NCBI RefSeq assembly: GCF_000743755.1
Contig: NW_014569505.1
Span: forward strand, 1-48,052
DNA length: 48,052 nt
Source: Blastocystis sp. subtype 4
Lineage: Eukaryota
Reading direction: 5' to 3'
Both the position numbers and the translations under genes were made by a program. Below, in pieces: positions 20,701-35,700 of this stretch. Position 1 is the first letter of the stretch; each line of letters starts with the position of its first letter. The notes under the pieces were generated by a model, which saw only the letters and a program-made list of their open reading frames with translations, searched no databases and was not told the origin of the DNA.

Positions 20701-23700
20701 GCGAGACTGCTCAGGACCTTGCCACGATGCATGTGCTACTGATGATTCTGAAGAATGCTTCATGTACAGAGGAGAATCGTGAGGCTCTGTTGCAGAGTGG
20801 TTTTGTTCAAATGATCTTCATTCTGACCAATGATTTTATCTCCAATCGGGATCTGGTGCTTCTCTTCTTGACGACGTTCCAGCCGTTCCTTCAGGATGCT
20901 CTCTTCGCAAGGGCTGTAGTAGAGTGTGAGATGGCTAAGGTGGTGGTGGATGTGATGACTCGCTACACAACAGTGATGCCAATCCAGAGTGTTGGTATCA
21001 AGACTCTTCTCTCTGTGGCCCAACATATTCCAAGTGGTATTGTGGCTCTGGAGGCGACGGTGGTGTGCATTCGCTGCATCCAATTGTGTATTTCGGATGA
21101 GCCTATTGTGTTGGATGGTTGCAGCACTTTGTTAAGCATGGTTGATGATCCTGTGGAGGAAACTGCGGTGATCAGTCGTCAGAACGTAGTTGCAAATGGT
21201 GGTCTGGAGCCCTTCTACACGACGCTGCAGCGTTATCCGAAGAACGCTAGTATTGTGAGTGTGGTTCTTCGAGCATTGACGTGTCTGGCTGATGGCTCTT
21301 CTGATGTGAATCGTATTGCATCTACTTCCTATCTGCGTACCTTGATGCTGGTGTATTCCAACTTCAGCAGTAACAGTGAACTCACAACACTCTTTGTGAA
21401 ACTGATTTGCTCTATCTCGGCTTTCGATTCGTGTAAGCCTGCTGTCATTCAGAGCGGTATTGTGTCCAAGATTGTGAATTCCACTGAGATGTTCCCAGAC
21501 GCACATGAATTACTCTTTGCAGTGGCTGGTACGATCAGTCATCTTGCTATGAACAGCTTGAGTGTCTGTGAGAGTTTCCATAAGTTCAATGCGGAATCGG
21601 TGCTGGTGCGTGCGTTGCAGACAGAGGAGATTCCTGCCGATGTGGCTATATTGATCAGCTCGGTTCTCTCTGTGTTCTTCGAGATTAAGACGAATCCAGA
21701 GATGTTCGTTCAAAAGGGAGGAGTAGACGCTTTACTGCAAGTGGCTGCTAAGTATCCTGAGGATGTAGAGTTACACGGCCGTTTCATGAGTTGTATGTCT
21801 GTGATAACGAATGTTCTGGCATTGCGTCCCCAGATGGCTAAGTCCGAAGTGATGGACTTCGCTGTGAGTGCTCTGACGCTGTGTTGTGAGGTGGAAGAGT
21901 TTGTGTTGGAGAGTGCACCTCTGATGAGTGTTTGTGTCGAGAATGAAGCGTGGTTGCAAAGCCACTATGAGGCTTTCTTTGAAGCGGTTGTAAATAGTCT
22001 GTTGATATTCTGTGAGAGTCGGGATGTGGCTGTGAAGTTGAGTGAGCTATGTTTGATAGTGATGGACTTCTTGTGGTCTCATCATACGGAATACTACCTG
22101 AAGGATAATGCAGCTGAAGCCGCAGTGTTGTTCATTCAAAACTTTATGAATGATAAGCAGGTTGTAGCTGGATGCTGTGGACTGTTGAATCGATGTGAGG
22201 TTCTTGCTGATGATACTCAGATGAATGTACTGACGACTGTGTTGACCGTCTTCGCTACTTATTCGAAGGATGCTGCGATCAATCTTGCATGTGCCGAGCT
22301 TCTTCTGACATTGTCTCGATGCGATAATGCAACTCCGAAGATGCTTCATTTGGAGGTGTTCAATGCTCTAATCAAGTCAATGGCAGTCTTTGTTAATAGT
22401 GGAAAGCATGTGGAGGCTGTATTGCGTGCATTGATTGCTATGGTGACAGGTACAGAGGTCCCATCGACATTTGTAAGCATGGAGAATCTCCGTGTGCTCT
22501 ATCGTGTAGCTACGGACTATAGTAAGGATGCTTTCATTCTTACATTGATGGCAAACTTGCTTGAGCTGCTGGCACCTGTGAGTGCTTCTGAATTGGTAAC
22601 GACAGGTTTTGTGAATATCCTGTTGATGGGTGTGCGTGAGAGTGAAGATCGTCCTTGTATCATTGCCTGCTGTCATGCTCTTGCGGCTTTGACGATTTGT
22701 GCCGAGTGCTTGTATATTCTGAGTCAGCAGTGTTGTGGTAGTGATATGTTACGTCTTCTGAAGACCTATTCGGAGGACGCTGAGGTCACTGGAGCTGCCT
22801 TGTATCTGTTGTGTGCTGTGACGAAGAGTCCAGATGCTGTTCGTGATATGGATAATGGGAACTTTGTCTTGGAGTTGTGGCCTGTGTTGAAACGATTCAT
22901 CGATGTGGAACCTGTTGTGGCCTTGTGTGGACGTGTATTGAATACATTGGCTCAGAGTCATGAGAGTTCTCGCAAGCAGTTATTCTCTTGCTTTGATCAT
23001 CAACTGTACTGTGCGATTGTGCAGAAGCATAGCAAGAGTGAGGGAGCGATGGCTGCCCTCTTATCCATCATGGCTTTGCATGTAGTAGATATGAAGAAAC
23101 AACCCTTGCTCCCAACAGTGGATTTGGTAGATCTGACTGTCCAGACGCTAAATGTGTTCCCTGATAGTGATGAGGCGTGTTCTGCTTGCTATGAACTGAT
23201 GAGGGTATGCATGGAGGAACTGCATGAACAGCGCATTGTGAATGAGTCCGCTGCTCTCTTTACCGCTGTTAATCACTCTATCGGAAACGCTGTAGCTGTG
23301 GTCTTATCTAATGGAAAGACAAGTGCTCAATTGACCAAGAGCGATGCGAATGTGGTATTGCTGCTGAATGCCTTGCTTCTGTGCAAGTGTCTGATGCCAT
23401 TATGTGAGGAATGCGCTGAATGCGAGAATCTAGTGAAGGGTATTGTGAATGCTCTGGAGGCATATCGTGCTCTGAAGGATGCGATTCTGCTTGCTATGGA
23501 GGTCTTGAGTCTGATGACTAAGTATAATTGCGTGAATACGATGTGGGAGAATGATGTGTTGTCTGTGATTCTGCTCTATTTCCACAAGTATGATTCTGCG
23601 GAGTTTGTCTATGCTTCTTGTGTGATCATTGATGCCTTCTCTGTGGAGGCCAGTTATGCTGATTCATTGGTGATGAATGAGGTCCCTGCTGCTGTTTTAC

Positions 23701-26700
23701 TAATGATGAAACAGTACGAGAAGGAAGCTGATGTAGTCCACCGTTGTGTACGCATTATGAGCAATCTGTTACAGTTTGTATCAATTGTCGCTACACAGTT
23801 GGAGGAGGTATTGAAGGTAGCTACCCGTGTGGTGAAGGTGGATACATGTTCAGAGGAGGCGATTATTGATACCTTCATTCTCTACCGCAATGCAGCAACA
23901 AATCCTGCGGATTATGCTTCTTTAATCAGTAGTCAGAATGTGGTGGAGACAACAGCTCGTATTCTGGAGCGTGATATGAAGAAGAAGTCGATCGTAGCTG
24001 CTGCTCTGGAGGCTCTGGTGGCGTGCACAATGGCGATTGAGTGTCATTTGCAGATGGCAACACCTGAGGGAATCCAGACTCTTCAGAAGGTAATGACTAT
24101 GTACAAGAAGAGTGAGCTTGCTCTATATGCAGGCGCTCTGGAGGTGTTGAATAACTTGGCTGTGAATAAGTCTATGACACACAGTGTACTGACTGAAGCC
24201 ATTGTGAGATTAGCATTGGAGGCTCTTGGTGTTCTTCGTGAAGAGGAGAAATATTTGGTGATTGTATTGTCGCTGATAACCCGTCTACAGGACCTGGATT
24301 CTAAGGATCGTTTCAAGGATGATCTGTTAAAGGAGAGTGTGATCGAGACATGTGTGTTTGCTCTTCAGAACTATACCCAGGGTGAAATGATCCACTTCTG
24401 TTGTGTGTTATTACTGCGTGCTTTGAAGGACAAGCGTCAAGAGTCGGAGATCCTGACGGAGGTTGTGTTGAACAAGGTGGTGGAGTTGCTGACAACCCAC
24501 TTAGACGAGGAATCTGTGTGTGGAGATCTTGTTGATTTCCTGATGTTCTGTGCTTCCAGCAAGCAGTGTTCTCTTCTGAAGAAGTTGGATGTGGCAGTAC
24601 CTACGAATGAGGTGATGAAGAAGTACGGATATAGTCAGATGCTGGTGGAGAAGTGTCTTCATTTGTTATCGTTACTCTCTGTTCTGGGTTCACTGAATAT
24701 CCAGCAGATCCTCTCCAGTATGAAGGACTATCCTTCTTCTGCGACCATTCAATGTGATGGCTGCACTACCTTGGTGTGCTTTTTGCGTGCTGATCCAAAG
24801 AATGCGCTGACATTGCTGTCTCTGAAGGGAATTCCTCTGTGTGTGCGTGCTGTAGATCGTTTCTTCGATGATTTGCAGATTCAGATGAGTGGACTGCAAT
24901 TACTCGCTCTAGTGGCTCAGTGTACCGAGTGTCTGTCAGAGCTTGTGGCCTGTACAGCTCCTGAAGTTTCAATTCGCTCAATCAAGCGTTTCCCGAAGGA
25001 ACGCGTGGTTGTTGCTTCAACAATGATCCTGCTGTCGCAGTGTGCAAGTGTGAGGGATGCTGAGTTCATTACTAACAGCAGTTCTGTTGATTTTATCATC
25101 GAGGTGGTTCTGGATCACAAGGAGCAAGAGGACATTCTCCTCAATGGATGTCGATTCATCACGTACTGTGCAAGAGATTCTCGTCTTGGTCATGGCATGA
25201 TTGATTCTGGTGTACTGGAGATTTTGACACGGATTCTGACTAAGGAGAAGCAGGATGCAAAGTTGGTGGAGTCATCTCTGGAGGCTCTGAGTACGTTAAC
25301 AGCTATTCCTGCTGGATCCGAGAGTATGAGTCAGTCGGAGTCATTGAAGATCTTCTTGCCCTTCTATGAGATTCAGACATTGAAGAAGCGTGTAGAGTTG
25401 TGTACAGCCGTTTTGAGTGCTGTTACAGCCGTTCCTGCTTCTCATGAGGAGGTGATGAAGAGTAGCTACAAGGTGTTGGTGTCGAATCTACAGAAGAATC
25501 TGACCGACAAGAGTATTTGCACGCTGTGTCTGCGTGCCTTGAAGAATCTGTCGAGTGATGCTAGCGTGTGTCCGACCTTGATGAGGACAGATGCTCTGGG
25601 TTTGTGTGTGGAGTCGATTCAGAAGTATTTGGACGATGCTACGATTGTGGAATTGGCCACAGGTTTCATTGAGAACATGCTGAATGTGGAAGAGGCGAAC
25701 CTAGAGATGTTCAAGACGAAGAATGGTGTGTCGACAGAATTGACGGCACTGGCAAAGCATCCCGCTCATCTTGAGATTTCGTTGCACGTCCTGAACGCTT
25801 TGTGCGCGGTGACTCGTGCCAACGACTTTATGAGGATCGTGAAGGTGGATCGTTGCTCTGCGAACATCTATGATGTGTTGAAGCATCAGTTCAATCAGCC
25901 CAAGGTGTTTGCTTCTTGTACGGTGCTGTTGGAGCAGCTGGTGAAGGAGCCGACCCAGTTGAAGCCTTTGCTGACGGTGACTAATTTGAAGGATCTAATG
26001 ACGATGGTACCTCGTCTACGTAAGCGACCTGATGATGCCTGTAAGCTGATTCAATTGATCTTGGTGTTGTTGATGGAGAGCAGTACGGAGATCCTGCGTG
26101 AAATCAACATGGAGTCGTTCTACACAGAGGTGATCATTTATGCTCATATCCTCTCCATTCAGAGCAGAGTGGTGGATTTCTTGTTGAAGGTCTGTTCTGA
26201 AACGGAGATGGCTGAGAAGATGGCTGAGGAAGGATGTGTACCTTTATTGGTACATTGTCTGCAGAAGCATATCGAGGAATCATCGTTCTGTGAGCAGACT
26301 CTGAAGGTGTTGGCTCTGGTATTGCTGAATGACAAGACAATTTCGGTGTTTATGAACAATGGTGGTCTTCCCGTGGTTTTGGAAGTGATGAAGAAGTATG
26401 AGGACATATCAGAGGTGATGTATCGCGGTTATGTGGTACTGTGGAGTGTATGTCAGACTCGTGATTATTGTGGTATTGCCATTGAGAAGGGTGTATCAGA
26501 TTTGCTGAAGAGTACCTATGATAAGTACATGAAGAATGAGAAGATTGTGGCTTGCTGTATTGGGTTCTGTCACCAGATGGTTCTCTATCCAGTGATTGCT
26601 TCAGCTCTTGCTGTTACGGATTGTTTGAAGCTGATCTTCGATACGATTCGTATGTATGCTGCTGAAGAGGATATGATGGATCATTGTGTGATCATTCTGA

Positions 26701-29700
26701 CAAAGATGTTGGAAGCTGATTTACCTGAGTCTGCTGTAGTACAGGCTGATGTATTGAGTATTGTGGTCGATGCTATGCAGAAGAGTGCTCCTGAATCCTC
26801 CTTGCGTGAGGATGCTTGTTTGTTCCTTGTGGCATTACTCCATAATGAAGAGGCTCGTCAACAATTGATTCAATTGAATCTAACAGATTTCCTTATCGGT
26901 ATTCTGAAGAGCAGTGAGAAATGGTCGTTACTCTCAGCTGTATGTTGTACCTTGGAAGTGTTGTGTGTGGATGAGAAATCATTGCAGGTGATGGAGGACG
27001 AGAAGGCAGATGAGTTGTGTGAGAAGAAACTCCATTCATGCCAAGAGTATCCTGAGTTTATTGGATCTTGTAGCAAGTTCTTGTGCGCTTATTTGGAGAA
27101 TCGTGCTCTCCAAAAGAAGGAAGAAAGTCCTCTCCAGTCAGCTGATTTCTTCAATTTCGTATCTCTTCTTCTGGATAAGTCCTATGTCTTGAAGACAGAT
27201 TCTATTGTTGTTAGTTTGTTGGCTTTACTTGGTATGCTGATGCGAACTATGTCATCTCCTCCAGTATATTATGAGATTGCTTTACCTTCAAAGATCTGTT
27301 CATTGTTGAAGCGTTTCGTCATGCACACGACGGTATCTGAGAGTTGTTGGGAGATTCTGGGTATCTGCACTCAGACTGATGAAGACGCTACGCAGCTGAT
27401 TCGTTTGGGTCGCACCCAGGATCTTCTGGAGAATGCTCGTGCGAATGCAACGAGTAAGATTGTGGTGCAGCGTAGTCTTCCAATCTTCTGTCTTATTGCT
27501 TGTAATCCGACGTTGAGTGATTCGTTGGTGAATGTGGACATTCTGAAGATGCTGCTGATGATCATTCGAGGTTCACCTGATGATGTGGAGTCGCAGTGTC
27601 AATGCATGACGATCATGGCTCGGATGGTGAAGGAGTCTCCTGAGGAAGCAGCTAAGAAGATTGATGAGAACGCAGAGGATGAGCTGGATGATGATGACGT
27701 GGCCGAGGAGAAGAAGCGACGTCGTGAGCTTAAGAAGGAAGAGGAGAAGAAGAATCGCCATAAGTCGAAGAAGATAGAAGAGGATAAGGAAGTGGCGAAG
27801 CGTCGTGCTGTGTTGACAGAATTGTCCGTATTGGATAATGTGAATCTGTTGGCTTCGTGTGTGAAGCGGTTCCCTGAGAATGCAGCGCTGTTGTCAGATA
27901 CAAGTGATGTGTTGGTGAGCGTATGTGTGAACTCAGAGGAGGCTCGTCGTTTGGTGGCTGTGAGTGGCGTAGTGGCTCCTTACTTCGAAGCCCTTCAGAC
28001 AAAGGATCTGTCATTGTTGAGTCATGCTCTCTCTCTGATGGCGGAACTGGTGAAGGTAGCGAGTGTGAAGGCTGTGCTCCATCAGTTACATCCAGGCGAA
28101 CGTATTATTAGAATGATCGAGGACCACATGAAGAGACTTCATGATAACACGACTAAGATGCCGAAGGATGAGTTAGCTCGTAAGATGGTGTGCATTTTAG
28201 TGGAGATGTCTGCTTCTCGTGAGCTGCTGAATGACTTTGCCGAAACGCCAGGTCTACCTGTGATTGTGGATGTTCAGAACAGGTACATTAGTGATCCTTA
28301 TATCCAGCTCTGTATCGCTGGATACCTCAACAATCTGATGCCGATGAAGGACATTCCAGAGCAGTTTATGAAGGCTAAGGGACTGCCAGCGACGGTATCC
28401 TCGTTGAGCACATACCTTCGCAAGCGTACCTTGATGAAGATGTTCTGTGAGGTGTTGTACACCTTGGTGAAGACGTATCCTGAGGTATCACCACGTGTAT
28501 CGCGTGAAGTGACACCTGTGTTGGAGAATTGTCTGAAGAAGAACCAGAAAAAGATGGAGCACTTGGAACCTCCAATCCGTCTTCTGACATATCTGGTGAT
28601 GAAGCCTGAGAATGTGTGTCGTGCCAATGAAGTGTTGAAGTGTTGTACGGATGTCATGTACAATAATCGTGAGAATAAGGAAGTGCTTCCTCCTTTCTTG
28701 ACAATTACCAACTATGTATTGCGTAGTGGGTATGTAACAGTGGACTTCCTTGCTTCTGGTACTTTACAGTTCTTCTGCTGGTTGTGTGATGTATATGGAA
28801 AGCAGCCTGAGGTCCTTGGCTATGTGTTGGGTGTGGTTTCGGCGATTGCTTACTTGAGCCGTCGGAATCTGGATGCGTTAGAGGAGTTTAAGTTGCCTGA
28901 GATTGCTATGGATAGTCAGAAGGCTTTTGCGAAGGCTGAACTGGTCCAGCAACATGCTGCTGGTATTCTGTCTCTGTATTCGGATATTGAAGAGTATCGT
29001 AAGGTGATGGTAGATCGTCGTGTGTTGGTGTATTTGCTGCGTGCAATGAGCAATTATTCTAGCAACAAGGATCTGGTACTCTACTGTCTGGAGACTTGCA
29101 ACAATTTGGTTGATGAGGAGGCATGTTTGAAGGACTTCACAGAACAGTTGGGTGTTGATACGACTCTTCGTTGCATGTTATGTCTTCCTCAGAACACGAA
29201 CACGACTATTGATGCTATCATGCTCTCCCTGCGTTTGTGTTATCTGACATTCCAGCGGGATTCTAGTCAGATTGAGAAGATGGCTCGTGAGGGTGTAATG
29301 GCGGTGTTATTGTATGCAGTGAAGAATCTGCATGACAATGCGGATGATATGGCATCGGTTCTGCAGATGCTCCAGTTGATCTGTGCTGATAAGAAGTGTT
29401 GTCCATTGGCATTGCAACAGCCTTTCATTGCTGCGTTTATGGATGTTCATGAATCATATGTGGGTGACGTGGTAATCAATGAGTCGATGCTCTGTATCAT
29501 GTGGTACATGTCGAATTATGATGGTATTGCAGAGGCGTTGTTCCATGAGAATAATTTCGAGTTGATGCCTCGTATCATGACCGATTTCAAGCGCTCTGCT
29601 GTGATCCAAACCTGGACTTGCAAGCTGTTGTACAATATGTCGAAGCGAAGTGATTGTGTGGATCTGCTACGTGAGTCTCTGATCACACGTAATCTCCTCC

Positions 29701-32700
29701 AGGTAGTGAATGACTTCCCACGGGACTTTGACATCTTGCGTCCTGCGTTGCGTGCGATTTCGAATCTACTGAGCAAGGAGATGATTCAGCAGATCGATGT
29801 GGCAGAGTTGCTGGATGTCTCTTGTCGTGTGTTGAATCAGTATGCTGGTCGCAAGACATTTGTTCTGGAAGTGATGGACCTGATCTGTAATCTGGCCAAG
29901 AGTCTAAATGCAGAGACAACTATTCATGTTCGTGACATCCTGAATCCGATGGTAGCCATAATCAAGAGATTCAAGGATAATGAGGAGATCATTGTGAAGG
30001 CATTGATCGTGATTGAGATGCTGGTCCCTGCTGATCCAACAGGCAAACAGCTTGTTGAAGCTCGTGTTCTGAAGGTGGTGATCGGAGTGAGTGACGTGTA
30101 TGTGAAGAGTGCTGCAGTGCAGGCAGGTGTGTATCGTGTGGTGTGTGCTCTGCTTCGCATTCCTCAGTTCTTTGCATGGATGGTCCAACACATGTCTCGG
30201 ATCATGGACTGCATGCGAGCCTTCCCTCAGTCAAAGGAGGTGCAAACTGTTTGTGTTGAGGTGTTGACAAAGTTGTGTGATGATAAGGACGTGTTGGAGA
30301 CTCTTGATGAGACAGTCCTTCGAGCTTTGGACGCTCTTCTGATGCGTTTCCCGAATGAACAGGATCTGATTCTGGCAACAGAGCGTTGCGTATTGCGTCT
30401 TCTGTCAGTTCCTGAGTTGTGTGATGCTTTCATTACGATCGAGGGTGCAGTACATGTGTTGAATGTGGTCAAGTCTTTCAAGGATATGGAGCTCTTACAG
30501 ACTGCCTTGCAAATTGTGGATGTCCTTTTGCGGAAGGATACGAGTTATGTGGAGAAGCTTCTTGTAAAGAATTGTGATTCGTTATTGGTGATATTGGATA
30601 CTAGTGCTGATAACGTCCCATTGTTGACGTTTGTGGTGAAGTTGCTGTGTGCTGTGGTGCATGACATTCATGCTCGTCTGGTTGTGTATGTGGATGATCT
30701 ATCGATGGTTGCCTGTCGTTATGCTAAGGAGAAGGATGTAGTGAAGTATCTCTATACTCTTCTGGCTGAAGTGGCGACAGAGGAGGATCCTACATCTGTA
30801 CTGATGCGAATGCATGATAAGGGTGTGACAGAAGCTACGATTCTCTCTGTAGCTGCTAATAAGAACAGTAAGTCGTTGATTGGATCTGCAACGGGTCTGA
30901 TGGCTGCTCTTGCTTCTTATCCTGAGGCGGCTGCTACCTTTGCGAACAGCGAGACCATTTTGATGTTAAATGAAATTTGCAGCGCGAATTTGAAGAAGCC
31001 GGAGATTGCTCTGAATGTGATCAGTGTGTTGATCAAGTTGGCAGAGAATGAAATGTGTGCTCGTGTGATGTCAGAGAATCGTATTGTGCAGACAACGGCC
31101 CAGACATTGAATATGTGTCGGGATGATAGGGATCTCGTGATTTCATGTCTCTACCTGCTCACTAATCTGGTTCAGTTTAGGAACTATGTGGCTTTTGCTG
31201 AAACCACGCTGATTGTAGATTGTGCGGAGTTGTTGCAAGAGAATGTGAAGTATGCGGTGGACAACAACACAGAGACGGTAGAATCAAAGAGTGCTGTGGA
31301 GATTGTAACTCTGTCGTTGAAGCTGTTGTGCGGAATGTTACCATGTGATGAGAGTCGTCAGCGTTACCTTGATGCACATCTGGTGGAGATGTCGAAGTAC
31401 ATTCTAATGCATTTCAATCACTATGATAAGGTGTTTAACTACGCTGCAATGTTGTTACGTGAGCTAGCTGTTGATGAAGATATTCGTCAGGAGATATTCG
31501 ACAACAGTGGTCTGGATGCTATTTTGGAAGCAATGGATATGTTCCCGATGGAGGAGGAATGTCAGATTACCGGTTGTGCCTTCTTGAGTCTGGTACTGCG
31601 GAACCGTAAGATCTTCCGTGATCTTGTGGAGCGAGATGTGGTAGTGCTGGTGATCAATGCTCTTCATAACCATCCTGATAATGCTCGTGTATGTGAGGAG
31701 GCGATGAATGCTTTACTTCCATTGATCCGTGACAAGCGTGTTGTAGAGATGTTGATCAAGTTGGAGGCAATGAAGGTGCTTGTAACAAATATGTCTCACT
31801 TCCTGTTGGAGCAACAGACTCTCCTGCGTATTGGTGATGTGGTTCGAGCTTGTGTGGAGCAGTCACCAAAACTGCATAAGCAGTTTGTGGAGGCACGTGG
31901 TGTGGACATTGCCTTGGATGCTTTCAAGAATAACAATGACGCTCCGGCTGTTTTACGTCCTATGGGTACTGTGTTGATGGGAGCTGCAATCTACGATGAG
32001 GCGAAACAAGCGATTGTGGAGAAGGATGGCATGAAGCTGTTATGTGATACCCTGAGCAAGTATCTCAATAAGGAGACTCGGGATGAGATGGTGTGTGAGC
32101 GATGTTTGCAGATTCTGAGTGAGGTATCAGAAGTGGCTGACTATGCTCGTCGTATGGTGGGTGAGAATGTGATTGTTCTGTGTGTATCTGCTCTCAGTGT
32201 CTTTGTGACCAATGCCGATCTCACAATTGCGGATTGCCATACGTTGCAACATGTGTGTGGTTGTGCTGAAGGTGCTACAGAGGCACTGGAGGAAGTGGAT
32301 CTCCTTCCACTGTTGATCCAACGTATGATTACCTTCATGTCAAATGGAGCTGTGGAGAGTGCTTGCTTTGCAGCCTTAGGAGCGATGCTGGATGATAAAG
32401 CAACGGGCAAGGCGTGTGGCGAGCGTCTAATGGAGCAGAAGGCTGTGGATATTATGAAGCAAGTGTTGGAAGCCCAGGAGAAGGAGCCATTGGTGATGCA
32501 AACTGCTACCGTATGTCTGGGAGCATTCTCGGAGTTGCCTGCAGCAGGAGCTTTGATCGGAGAACGTATATGGATGACTCTCCTTGTGAATCTGATGAGT
32601 CATTTCGATGATCCAGCTACTGTGATTGCCTTTGCAAAGATGTTTGCTCGTATCTGTAGTCATAATGCCAGTGCAGAGACAGTACGTTCGGGTTTGAACA

Positions 32701-35700
32701 AGTTGACGATGGAGCTTCTGGTTGAGTTCCAAGCCGAAGAAGTTGTGGCTTGCGAGTTATTTGAGTTGATGGTGGTTCTGACCCGTCCTGAAGTGAGCAA
32801 TGGTCAAGGTGCTATGAACCTGTATGAGAATGGATTCTACAAGACTTTGAAATCTCCTTTGCAGAGTGTTTCGTGTATGACTCTGATTCCTATCTGTCAT
32901 ATTCTGGAGAATTTCTTCAGTATTCCTGAGAGTGAGACGTATTGCAACTATCTGATCAAAAGTGATTTCATCTCTCTGTTGTTGAACCTAGTGAAGACAC
33001 ATATTAATCAGGAACCCTTCTTAGTGGCTGCATTCCCTGTATTAGCCTTGATCGTACGATCACTTGAAGGATGCAGTACTTTCATTGCTTTGCGTGGTGT
33101 CTCATTGATCACGGATCTGGTAGATAAGCATGGTGATAACGAGCCATTGTGTGCTTCTGGACTGCGTGTACTTGCTTCGTGTTCACTCGACAAGTCTAGC
33201 TTCAAGGAATTGGCTGAAAAGGGAGTGATTGATGTTGTATTGAAGCATATCGATACTGCGAAGGCAGAGTTACTTGCAGTATTGCTTGAGATTGTCAAGA
33301 ACATGACAACAGAGGAATCGTATGTGCAGATGATGGAGGAACGTGATGTTGTGTCTCACTTCTATGGTGTGGTAGTTCGTTGCAGTGAGTATGAGGAGGT
33401 GATGAGTGGAGTGACGGGTGCCTGCATGCATGTGTGTGTCAGTGAGAAGAGTCGTAGTTTATTCTTGCAGCAACACATGGAGCTGGAGCTGATTCAGGTA
33501 ATGAAACAGCATCCTTCTTCCAAGTCTGTCCAGTATCATGGCGCTGCTGTATTAGCTGCTCTGATGAAGGATATGGATCTGTGTGGTATGTTGATGGAGA
33601 AGGATATTCTGTCTATTATCATTCCTGCTATGGCTCTTCTGGCTGCAGATCCACAGGCTGTCAAGGTGTTGTTTGAGATACTGCAACGTCTGCTGGATAG
33701 TTCGAGTATCAATTTGGAGGCTGCTCACTTCTCTAACTATGCTTTCATGGTAGCTGTAGGTAAAGTGTTGGAGAACCACCATTCAACAGAAGCAATTGTG
33801 GTACCTGTTCTGACCTCACTAGTATGTGCGGAGACCCGTATGCCAAGATTCTTCGTGGAAGTAAATGAGCCTATATTCTTTAAGGCATTCTCGAGTTGTT
33901 ATGCTGCAGGAGAAACGAGTGAACGTGTGGTGGAGCTGATCTTAACCTTATTGTTATTCTTCAATGTGGATGATATGGAAACTGCTCAGAACATGCTAGA
34001 GAATGATGTTTTGATGATGGCAATGATGCTGTTGAATGCTACAAGGGATTTAGTTGTTATGGAGCGTACTTTGATATTTGTCGATGGTATGTGCAAATAT
34101 AAGGAGTGTTGTGAGTTTGTGGTCCAGGAACAAGGTATGGTTGTTCTGCTTCAGGTCTTCCGATTCATTCAACGTCTCTCTGGATTGCAGTTGGTGTTAT
34201 CAGTCTTGATGAGTATCACTCAGTACAAGCGTCTCTTCAAGTACTATGCTGTGGATGAGGTGGTGTCGACGGTGCAAGCGTGTATGAGCAATCATCCTAC
34301 AGAGCCTCATTTGCTATTTGAGTGTATGTACACGCTGGGTAATCTTGCTGTGGTACAGACGGTAGCGGAGATGCTGGTAGCACGTGGTATTATTTCGATT
34401 CTCCTGAGTATTCTGGATGAGCAGGATAAGTACAAGGAAGTGGTTTGTGGTGTGGCATTCCTTCTGTTCCGTGTGGGTGTGAGTAGTGTAGCTCGAGAGC
34501 AGATGGTGGCTAAAGACGGTATGACGAAGCTTCTGAGGAGTTATGATCGTGAGGACTATAGGAAAGATGAAGAGGTGACAGCAAATGTGATGGGAGCTTT
34601 GGGTGTGTTGTGTGAGAGTGATCAGTTGACCTCCCAGTATCTGGAGAAGGATGGATGTGCATTGACATTGGAGACATTTGATGCCTTCAGTACAAGTGAG
34701 GCTGTGGTGTTCTATTGTGTGGAGCTGATCGTGAAGCTGTGTCTGTATGATGAGAGACATAAGATTCTTCATGAGGAGTTGTTCGCCACAGAGCGTATCA
34801 AGACCTACTATGACTGTTTGGATATCTTCAACGAACATTATGAGGTGGTGATTGCTATTCTGCGTCTCCTGGCTCTGTTGGCAAAGGATGCGGAGATTGC
34901 TGTGGAGTTGGTGGGCTTCGGTGTGTGTGAGTACATTGCCTCCTCTCTCCAGGTACTTGAGAAGTGCGAAGTGCTTGTACCTCTTATGGAGTTGGCTGCA
35001 GTTTTGGCACGAGAGGATAAGGTGAAGGAGAACTTGATGGCTACTGGAGTGGTGGAGCTGTCGTTGGTGTCGTTGGCCCAGCATCAGGAAGAGGCAGAGG
35101 TGGTTGCTTCGAATCTTCACTTCCATGTGGAGATGACTTACACATCACTGTGTCGCTCATTGTATGATTCTACGGATTGTGTTGAGCAAACTGTGCAGCT
35201 TCTTCCCATTCATGGTACCGATGCTTCTGTATGTGAACCAGCTCTCCAGTTGCTGTTGAATCTGGCTGCTGGTGATGTTACATGCGCCCGATTTAACTCA
35301 GAGGATGCGTTGAGTGCAATTCTGAGTGTACTTCGTGAGTTCACTAAGAATGAGCGGATTCAGATCTTCGGTTGTGCCTTGTTGGATGTATTGTTGGCTC
35401 ATCCAGCTGTTTGCACTACGTTGATTGCTTTGAAGGCGGTACATGTGGTGTACGTTGCTGTATGTAACTACCAGTCTTGTGCAGAGATCCAGATCAATGG
35501 TAATCATGCATTGAGTCAGCTTAGTGTGGACCCTGATAGTTTGGTGGCAATGTTGAATCATGGTGTTGTGTATAACTGTGTGGCTGTGTTGGATCGATTT
35601 GAGGATCATCAGACCATCCAGCGGAATGTGTTACAGATTTCCTCCATTCTCTGTGGTACGCCGATGGGTTGTACTGCTTTCTTCAACGAGGGAGGACTGG

